Positions 57,575 to 64,000 of a DNA stretch of 64,000 nucleotides are shown here, one piece after another (within the stretch, counting starts at the first letter, position 1; each line of letters opens with the position of its first letter). Made by a program: the position numbers and the translations under genes. The DNA comes from Bacteroidales bacterium (GTDB lineage Bacteria > Bacteroidota > Bacteroidia > Bacteroidales > Bacteroidaceae): the NCBI GenBank assembly GCA_024690405.1, contig JAILCU010000117.1:253-64252 (forward strand), in the 5' to 3' direction. A model generated the notes under the pieces. The model was not told where the DNA came from. It searched no databases and saw only the letters and a list, made by a program, of their open reading frames with translations.

Positions 57575-58426
57575 ATGTCGCCCATCGGAGTTTTTGACAG
57601 CGGTTATGGTGGTCTCACCGTCTTGCGTGAAATCCGCCAGTTGATGCCTGAATACGATTATCTGTATTTAGGCGATAATGCCCGTGCTCCCTATGGTCCG
57701 CGCAGTTTCGAGCGTGTGTACGAATTTACGTCCGAAGCCGTACGCCGCCTTTTTGAGATGGGCTGTCCGCTGGTGATTCTGGCCTGCAACACCGCCTCAG
57801 CCAAAGCCCTGCGTACGATTCAGCAGCACGACCTCCCCCAACTCTTTCCGCCCACCGACGCACAACCCGACGGCCTGCCCTCACGCCGCGTCTTGGGCGT
57901 AATCCGCCCCACCGTAGAGGCTGTCGGCGAACTCACCCATTCACGGCACGTAGGCATAGTCGCAACGCAAGGAACCATTGCCAGCCAAACCTACGAACTT
58001 GAGATGGCCAAATTGCACCCTGATATTTCCGTGACCGGACAAGCCTGTCCGATGTGGGTGCCTCTCGTAGAAAACTATGAGTTCGACAGTCCGGGGGCAG
58101 ATTATTTCGTCCAGCGGGATATCAAGCATTTACTCGATCACGACCCGCTTATCGACACCATCATCCTTGGCTGCACGCATTTCCCCCTCCTTTATCATAA
58201 GATACGCGCGTACACGCCCAGGCACATCCAACTCATCTCACAAGGCGAATATGTCGCCCGCAGTCTGCACGACTATTTCAGCCGTCACAGCGACCTCGCC
58301 GCCCGCGTCTCACGAGGTGCCTCTGCCCGCTTCCTTACCACCGAGCAAAGCAGCAACTTCTCCCCCGCAGCCACACTCTTCCTTGGGCAGGCTGTAGAGG
58401 CAGAACACATCACTTTCGGCAATTGA
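57575..58426 (+). CDS. murI: glutamate racemase
   Basis: It has IGVFDSGYGGLTV, LACNTAS (catalytic Cys) and ILGCTHFP (second catalytic Cys). Confidence 0.9.
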   Translation: MSPIGVFDSGYGGLTVLREIRQLMPEYDYLYLGDNARAPYGPRSFERVYEFTSEAVRRLFEMGCPLVILACNTASAKALRTIQQHDLPQLFPPTDAQPDGLPSRRVLGVIRPTVEAVGELTHSRHVGIVATQGTIASQTYELEMAKLHPDISVTGQACPMWVPLVENYEFDSPGADYFVQRDIKHLLDHDPLIDTIILGCTHFPLLYHKIRAYTPRHIQLISQGEYVARSLHDYFSRHSDLAARVSRGASARFLTTEQSSNFSPAATLFLGQAVEAEHITFGN

Positions 58427-58523
58427 TATCCCCGGTGAACACAAGAGCCGCTTGCACCGAAACGGGATTCACAAATAATTGAAACGCCCGAACCGCTTTT
58501 CATTGCGCTTTTCATTGCTCCCC

Positions 58524-58573
58524 CAAACAAAGAACTCCTGCACACTTTCATCTGTGCAGGAGTTCTTTGTTTG
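58524..58573. terminator. long perfect hairpin between the convergent murI and nhaA
   Basis: A perfect 21-bp stem, CAAACAAAGAACTCCTGCACA/TGTGCAGGAGTTCTTTGTTTG, has an 8-nt loop. Confidence 0.8.
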
Positions 58574-58593
58574 TATGCAGAATCTTTCAGGCG

Positions 58594-59970
58594 CTAAGCG
58601 ACTTGTGTCGCATCCTTCGGCAGCGTGTGATTGAGCATCAGGGCACCCACAAGAGCCGAAGCCAGCGTACCACAGAGGATGCCGAGTTTAGCCTCATTAA
58701 GCATTTCGGCAGCCTCAGCGCCCAAATGGGTTGGATAACTCAGCGCCGCTATAAACATTGATACGGTGAAACCGATACCGCAGACCATACAGACACTGGC
58801 AAACGAACGCCAATTGCCACCGACAGGCATCTGGCACCAACCCAACTTGATGCTGAGCCAGGAGAAACTGAGCACGCCCAAGAACTTGCCGATGAGCAGA
58901 CCAAGGAACACACCGAGAGCCACTCCGTGGAACAGGCTCATAATGGACATTCCCTCGAAATTCACGCCCGCATTGGCGAACGCGAAGAGAGGAATCACGA
59001 CGTAGTTGATGGGCATTGCCAGTTGGTCCTCAATATCTTGCAGAGGGGAGATGAGTTTATCAGCAGCCGTCTCGATCCGACGAAGCAACTGAATATCGTC
59101 CTTACTCACGACCATCGCTTTCTTGCGGTCGGCCTCGCTGAATTCAATATCGGGGTATTCCTTCAAGTACTCGCGAATATATTCCATGTAATAACGCGTT
59201 CCACGCGTGAGATTGGCAGGAATACAGAAAGCCAGGACCACACCGGCAATCGTGGCGTGAATACCTGAATTCATCACCATATACCACAGCACAAGGCCAA
59301 AACTCATATAGAACGCCTTGGCCCTGACTTCCTTCTTATTACCGATAAGCAGAATTGCTACAATGATAGCGGCGCCGATGAGGTGAGGCCATGACAAGCC
59401 CTGACTGTAAAACAAGGCGATAACGATGATACCTCCGAGGTCGTCTGCCACGGCCAAGGCTGCCAGGAAGATTTTCAAGCCCAGTGGCACACGCTTGCCG
59501 AACATCGAAAGCACGCCGAGCGAGAAAGCAATGTCGGTTGCCATCGGAATGGCACAGCCACGCTCCATCAGGGGATGGCCATAACACACGCAGAAAAAGA
59601 CAATCACAGGCACGAGCATACCACCACAGGCACCTATGACCGGCAGCAGCGCTTTCTGCCGGCTGCTCAGTTCACCACACAAGACCTCGCGCTTGATTTC
59701 CAGTCCTACACTCAGGAAGAAGAAGAACATCAGGAAATCGTTGATGAAGTCCATCAGCGTCAATGTGTGCCCGCCGTGGCTGAACACATTGAAGCCGCCG
59801 ATGCTCAACGAAACGGGTTGTTCCCAAAGCCAGGCATAAAGGTCACGTGTGGCTGGCAGATTGGCAAAAAACAAAGCCAGCACTGTTGCAATAATCAGAA
59901 GGACGCTCGCATTGACATAGCGTCGGATGAGTCCTGCAAAGGACGAATCAGGATGTTGAATGTTTGACAT
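58594..59970 (-). CDS. nhaA: Na+/H+ antiporter NhaA
   Basis: The 458-aa polytopic protein has FFFLSVGLEIKRE and LAALAVADDLGGIIVIALFY, the NhaA signature with the DD pair. Confidence 0.9.
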   Translation of the reverse strand: MSNIQHPDSSFAGLIRRYVNASVLLIIATVLALFFANLPATRDLYAWLWEQPVSLSIGGFNVFSHGGHTLTLMDFINDFLMFFFFLSVGLEIKREVLCGELSSRQKALLPVIGACGGMLVPVIVFFCVCYGHPLMERGCAIPMATDIAFSLGVLSMFGKRVPLGLKIFLAALAVADDLGGIIVIALFYSQGLSWPHLIGAAIIVAILLIGNKKEVRAKAFYMSFGLVLWYMVMNSGIHATIAGVVLAFCIPANLTRGTRYYMEYIREYLKEYPDIEFSEADRKKAMVVSKDDIQLLRRIETAADKLISPLQDIEDQLAMPINYVVIPLFAFANAGVNFEGMSIMSLFHGVALGVFLGLLIGKFLGVLSFSWLSIKLGWCQMPVGGNWRSFASVCMVCGIGFTVSMFIAALSYPTHLGAEAAEMLNEAKLGILCGTLASALVGALMLNHTLPKDATQVA

Positions 59971-60183
59971 AATTTTTGTTTAATATCTCTATATCGAAAA
60001 ACGAATGATTTACGATTGAACGATAATCTATAGTTGAGGACTCCATTGGCTTCCGGCAATTACCTTTCAAGCAGTGTCATACTTAACCGCCAATAATCGG
60101 CGTTGTATCTTTTGAGCCCCCACATTGACCGCACTTCACTGTTCATTATTCCATTGTCTCTATGTTTAACTCCACGCGAGGTC

Positions 60184-60966
60184 CTATTTCTTCACTACCG
60201 CCCTGACAACAAACCAAGCATGCATGGCCAATGCCCTCAGCCACCCATAATGTACAGCCATCAGACGCAGCCGCTCCTTGAGCGAACGCTGGTGATTGCG
60301 TGTCGTCAGTCCTTCAGAGAGGTAGTCAGTAAGGATGAGATGCGTGTTATGAATAACTATTCCGCGCCTCTCGGCCACTTTGAGGATGCGTATACACCAA
60401 TCATAGTCGGCCGAGTAACGATACTTTAAATTATAGAGGTTCGCGCGCGCGATATCCGTACGCACATAAAAACTCTGATGGCAAACAAGCATTCCACTGA
60501 GGAAACTCTTTGACGTCAGGCGCTCCGGTGCCTCGAGACGACGGTGACGCAGGAACTGCCCCGCTTCGTCCACCAAATCCGTTTCACCATAGACGACCGC
60601 CGGCAGGCGCGAAGAGTTGTAAGTCGCGATTTGAGCCGCAATTTCAGCCAACTGCGTATCCGTGTGAAACTTATCTCCCGCATTCAAGAACACGATATAA
60701 TCCCCCTTGCATTGCAAGAGTGCCTTATTCATCGCATCGTACAAACCGTTGTCCGGTTCACGAACCAGCACAATATGGTGCGGATGCTGCACATCTGTGT
60801 TGTGTTCAACGTAATGATGAATCTCCGCCATCGTCCTATCCGTAGAACAACCGTCAATAATCAGATGTTCCACGGCATTATACGTTTGCGCAGCCACACT
60901 ATCCAAAGTTCTCCGGATGGTGGCTCCTGCGTTGTAAGTGACGGTGGCTATCGTGAATTTAATCAT
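60184..60966 (-). CDS. family 2 glycosyltransferase
   Basis: It has FTIATVTYNAGATIRRTLDSV, IIDGCSTD and FLNAGD. The start is set at the internal ATG, an 8-nt overlap with the upstream GT4 gene. Confidence 0.8.
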   Translation of the reverse strand: MIKFTIATVTYNAGATIRRTLDSVAAQTYNAVEHLIIDGCSTDRTMAEIHHYVEHNTDVQHPHHIVLVREPDNGLYDAMNKALLQCKGDYIVFLNAGDKFHTDTQLAEIAAQIATYNSSRLPAVVYGETDLVDEAGQFLRHRRLEAPERLTSKSFLSGMLVCHQSFYVRTDIARANLYNLKYRYSADYDWCIRILKVAERRGIVIHNTHLILTDYLSEGLTTRNHQRSLKERLRLMAVHYGWLRALAMHAWFVVRAVVKK

Positions 60967-62236
60967 TTCTACTATCAGGTTGAGCAGCAACGCACAGTTG
61001 CCCATAAAGACGAATATACTGTTGAGCGACTACATCTGCCGAGAAACGCGAAACGATGCTTTGGCGCAGGGTATTGGCCTCCACAGGATTCTCCAATGCC
61101 CAACGGATGCCAACTGCCAGGTCGTTCACATCGGGATAATGAGCCAGGTAACCATTGCGACCGTGCTCGATGATATCGGTCTGACCGCCGCAATCGAAAC
61201 TGACTGGCGTACAACCGCAAGCCATAGCCTCAGCCAGCGTTAGTCCAAAACTCTCGCGGTCGGAAGCACTCACGACAACATCCGCCGCTGAATAAATACG
61301 ACTCTGCACGTCTGCTCCACTAACGATGCCGGCATAAGTGTAGGCACACGGGATCCGCTGCCACAACTGGCTGTCCTTGCAACCACCAAACAAGAGTAGA
61401 TGCAACGGTTTTTCTGGCGTATCGATTTCACTGCCTAAGAGATGCCCAAGCGCCTCGAACAAGCGATTGATGCCCTTCATTGGTTGGTCAAGGCGGGCGG
61501 CACCGAAGACCACTACACGTGCATTCTCCGGCAAGCCCAAAGCGGCTCGCGCCTGGACACGGTCCTGACGATGGAACTGCTCTACCGGGATGGCATTCGG
61601 AATTACAACGACACTATGGCCGCGCGCCAAAGCACTGCGACGGGCCATGTCAGCCTCCCAATGACTCACGCCGACAAAGGTGAGCGGTGCTGATGAGTAG
61701 ACACGCTGCTTCTGCCCGAAAACCTTCCACGACAAGTCGTGAGCACCAGGGTATCGCAATTGGGGACAAAAAGAGCAATGCTCCTGAAACTGCGAACAAT
61801 CGAGCATATGATGGCAAATACCCGCTATTGGCCACAAATCGTGCATGGTCCAAACCACGGGTTTTCCGCTATTGAAGATACGCGCCAATTGGTCCATAGA
61901 CAGCAGGCCTTGATTCACCCAATGCAAATGAATGACATCTGCTGCGCGGAATGCCGGCAGACGAGTGATGTCAGCACCTGCGTTGGCAATGTCAACAGCC
62001 CACAAGCCCTTGCGCGAAAAACCATTTGCCAACCAAATACACAAACGTTCCCAAAGGAAACTCAAACGCAAGCGCAAACGTTGCGCCAACACCATCGTAG
62101 TGTCCTTATTACTCTGCTTGTCACGCACCAAAAGCCGTGCCTCTAATCCATTCCGATTCAAAGCATCAGCCAAGCGTGAAGCGGCAACCGCCGCTCCACC
62201 ACCCTGTTCTGAAGTGTTAACAAGTAGAATCCGCAT
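60959..62236 (-). CDS. family 4 (GT-B) glycosyltransferase
   Basis: It has MRILLVNTSEQGGGAA, a C-terminal E-x7-E-like region (SDRESFGLTLAEAMACGCTPV) and GRNGYL. Confidence 0.8.
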   Translation of the reverse strand: MRILLVNTSEQGGGAAVAASRLADALNRNGLEARLLVRDKQSNKDTTMVLAQRLRLRLSFLWERLCIWLANGFSRKGLWAVDIANAGADITRLPAFRAADVIHLHWVNQGLLSMDQLARIFNSGKPVVWTMHDLWPIAGICHHMLDCSQFQEHCSFCPQLRYPGAHDLSWKVFGQKQRVYSSAPLTFVGVSHWEADMARRSALARGHSVVVIPNAIPVEQFHRQDRVQARAALGLPENARVVVFGAARLDQPMKGINRLFEALGHLLGSEIDTPEKPLHLLLFGGCKDSQLWQRIPCAYTYAGIVSGADVQSRIYSAADVVVSASDRESFGLTLAEAMACGCTPVSFDCGGQTDIIEHGRNGYLAHYPDVNDLAVGIRWALENPVEANTLRQSIVSRFSADVVAQQYIRLYGQLCVAAQPDSRND

Positions 62237-62392
62237 AACCAATGCTCTTTACGCTCAGCCATCTTAGCCTCGCCTAGATGTGTGCTCTCTTGAGACATCC
62301 CGTTCGGCGCGGCCAGAACTTACAATGAGGGCCTTGCGGCTGCTTTATCCCCGTTGTCCGCGAAGATCTTCCACCGCTGCCCACTACGCTGC

Positions 62393-62400
62393 AAAGATAC
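62393..62400 (-). promoter_or_regulatory. candidate -7 element (TAtcTTTG on the minus strand) for the GT4-GT2 operon
   Basis: The plus strand reads caaagata, about 155 nt upstream of the GT4 start. Confidence 0.35.
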
Positions 62401-62558
62401 AAAGAAAATCACAAACCGCCGCCGAAACAACTCTTTTTCTCACTAACAACCTGCGACATCGGCCACAAAAAACATCAAAAAGCACCTTCCTCCTTAAAAA
62501 CTTCTGCACCAGACCCGCTTTTTTTGCCTTTTTACTTTCTCTTTTATACTTTTCTTCG

Positions 62559-62566
62559 TACCTTTG
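62559..62566 (+). promoter_or_regulatory. candidate -7 element TAccTTTG for tRNA-Leu
   Basis: TACCTTTG lies 17 nt upstream of the first tRNA nucleotide. Confidence 0.5.
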
Positions 62567-62582
62567 CACCCACGATTCCGAA

Positions 62583-62668
62583 GCCCAGATGGTGGAATTG
62601 GTAGACACGAGGGACTTAAAATCCCTTGGCCAGTGATGGCCGTACGGGTTCGATTCCCGTTCCGGGCA
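62583..62668 (+). tRNA. tRNA-Leu (anticodon TAA), class II with a long variable arm
   Basis: It folds by eye. The acceptor is GCCCAGA/TCCGGGC, and the D-arm is GTGGAATTGGTAGACAC. The anticodon stem AGGGA/TCCCT carries the loop CTTAAAA. The variable arm is TGGCCAGTGATGGCCGT, and the T-arm is ACGGG-TTCGATT-CCCGT with discriminator A. Confidence 0.9.
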
Positions 62669-62783
62669 CTTCTTCGAGGTTTTCAAAAGAAAACAACGGA
62701 AGATAAAAGAAATGAAAATGAGGCAGTTATGAGATTGTCTCAAATTGTTGTTTTCCGTCATTTATCTTATTTTTGGTTAAAAA

Positions 62784-62814
62784 GTACACTTTTAGTACAC
62801 CTTGAAAAGTACAC
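62784..62814 (+). repeat. three direct GTACAC(C/T)TT repeats between the tRNA and the integrase gene (possible arm-type sites)
   Basis: GTACAC occurs at 62784, 62795 and 62809. The last two are extended to AGTACACCTTG. Confidence 0.5.
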
Positions 62815-62830
62815 CTTGCCGATTTTTGTT

Positions 62831-62838
62831 TATCTTTG
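62831..62838 (+). promoter_or_regulatory. candidate -7 element TAtcTTTG for the integrase gene
   Basis: TATCTTTG lies 28 nt upstream of ATG 62866. Confidence 0.45.
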
Positions 62839-62865
62839 CCCTCGCAAAACCAAAATATAGTCGAT

Positions 62866-64000
62866 ATGGCAAAGCTACAGCAAAAGCGAAAGCAAAACCC
62901 GAAGCTTGAACAACGGCCGATGTCTGACGGCCAAATAGGGCTTTATCTCGAATACTACTTAGGCAGTAAGCGCGAACCCGTCACCGATGAATACGGCGAC
63001 CCCGTGCTATATGAAAGCGGCCGGATGAAGGGGACACCGAAAATAAAGGTGACTCATCTCAGACGAAAAGGAAAGCTACCGTTATATTTGGTCGCCTCGC
63101 CGCGAACACCGTTAGACCGACGGCACAATGACGAGGTGCTTGCGAAGGCTGAGGCTATACGATTTGAACGCGAACAGGAACTTATCAATGATCAAGAAGG
63201 ATTCAGGCTAAAGAAGCGGGGAAAGACGAACCTTTTGGACTTCTTCGCCACTTGTATAGAACAATCAATGGTCATTGACAAGAAAGTGCTTCGATGTGCT
63301 TTGAAAAGCTTTCGTGATTTCCTTCGTGAAGACTACCCGCTTTTTGCTGACCACATAGAAGCAAAGCACTTGAACAAGGACATGATGGAACAGTACCTTG
63401 AATATTTGACCCACTATCATTCAGGGCAGGGCATCGAGTCCTATTTCAATCGATTCAAGCGCATTCTGAACTATGCCGTAGAAAAGGGAGAGCTGCAAAG
63501 GAATCCTTGTGAAGGCGTGAAGGCTCCTTCGGCGGGTGACATCCTCGCAAAGGACATTCTCAGCGCAAAGGAGCTGCAGCAACTCTTCGACACCCATTAT
63601 CCCGGGGAAAGTGCAGAAATAAGAAGGGCGTTCGCAATGACTTGTCTCAGCGGGATAAGACGGTGTGACATCGTGAGACTGAAATATAGCGATGTGGACT
63701 ACAGCAACAAGATACTTGTCTTCCGGCAGCATAAGACCGAGGGACACAGCAAGGCAAGCGGCGTAGTGATACCGCTTAATGAAACGCTGTTGTCATTGAT
63801 AGGGCGAAAGCCCAAAGGGGCTGCAGACGATTTCATCTTCCATCTTCCGAGCGATACGATGTGTTTGAAGGCGCTGCGGCGATGGACGAAGAAAGCGGGC
63901 ATAGAGAAACATATCACTTGGCACTGCGGCCGTCATAGCTTCGCCACGTTAGCCCTTACCAATGGTGCAAATATCAAAGTAGTGTCAAGCCTCTTAGGTC
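62866..64000 (+). CDS. tyrosine recombinase / site-specific integrase (Bacteroides CTn/NBU type), C-terminus beyond the window
   Basis: Manual translation gives MAKLQQKRKQNPKLEQRPMSDGQIGLYLEYYLG... The SAM-like core-binding domain is (NRFKRILNYAVEKGELQRNPCEG). The catalytic Arg is in AMTCLSGIRRCDIVRL, and the HxxR box is ITWHCGRHSFATLAL (63919-63945). It has no stop before 64000, so it is absent from the ORF track. Confidence 0.85.
   Translation, partial: MAKLQQKRKQNPKLEQRPMSDGQIGLYLEYYLGSKREPVTDEYGDPVLYESGRMKGTPKIKVTHLRRKGKLPLYLVASPRTPLDRRHNDEVLAKAEAIRFEREQELINDQEGFRLKKRGKTNLLDFFATCIEQSMVIDKKVLRCALKSFRDFLREDYPLFADHIEAKHLNKDMMEQYLEYLTHYHSGQGIESYFNRFKRILNYAVEKGELQRNPCEGVKAPSAGDILAKDILSAKELQQLFDTHYPGESAEIRRAFAMTCLSGIRRCDIVRLKYSDVDYSNKILVFRQHKTEGHSKASGVVIPLNETLLSLIGRKPKGAADDFIFHLPSDTMCLKALRRWTKKAGIEKHITWHCGRHSFATLALTNGANIKVVSSLLG

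Larger units (their letters stand above)
62669..64000 (+). mobile_element. left end of a putative tRNA-Leu-targeting integrative (NBU1-like/mobilisable) element; it continues beyond the window
   Basis: The sequence becomes visibly AT-richer immediately 3' of the tRNA. A tyrosine recombinase gene begins 198 nt after the tRNA. Confidence 0.6.

Noticed and set aside
52055-58426. The uppS-bamA-ompH-ompH-ompH-murI block as something unusual
   Set aside because: This is the standard envelope-biogenesis synteny of Bacteroidetes. A third OmpH/Skp paralogue is a minor variation and does not amount to a new system.
62690-62775. Imperfect inverted repeat AAGATAAAAGAAATGA ... TCATTTATCTT between the tRNA and the integrase, as an element terminal inverted repeat
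   Set aside because: The arms need a 5-nt indel to align and lie in AT-rich, low-complexity DNA. Tyrosine-recombinase elements do not require terminal inverted repeats.

Overview
The window looks like a Bacteroidales (Prevotella-like) chromosome segment. The clues are many TAnnTTTG -7 promoter motifs, lipoprotein and signal-peptide styles, and uppS-bamA-ompH-murI synteny. Most of it is housekeeping: tdk, rsmI, hflX, class I fumarate hydratase, metF, recX, rubredoxin, a GH2 glycosidase, mdh, aminopeptidase P, prmC, ribD, uppS, bamA, three ompH/skp paralogues, murI, nhaA and two glycosyltransferases. The main accessory feature is a block of 26 consecutive plus-strand genes of about 26.7 kb (17116-43750). 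I read it as an aryl-polyene/flexirubin-type type II PKS island. It contains an MIO ammonia-lyase, 3 catalytic ketosynthases plus 2 CLF-like partners, 2 ACPs, a ketoreductase, 2 hotdog dehydratases, a thioesterase and an O-methyltransferase. It also encodes LpxL- and PlsC-type acyltransferases, a GT2, a LolA-like carrier and an MMPL exporter fused to an acyltransferase and a methyltransferase-like tail. The unusual extras are two tandem CrtI-like flavoenzymes, a B12-binding radical SAM enzyme, a PaaK-like ligase, a secreted esterase and three proteins I cannot assign. No DarA/DarB-type dialkylresorcinol genes are present. The right edge holds tRNA-Leu(TAA) followed at once by an AT-richer segment that opens with a tyrosine-recombinase integrase, which looks like the left junction of an NBU1-like integrative element. 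Three intergenic repeat structures are not explained by the genes: a CTTAAACC motif array, the same motif in the fumarase leader, and 56-bp tandem repeats seeded from the pepP 3' end. All functional calls rest on motif and family recognition by eye. No database search was possible.
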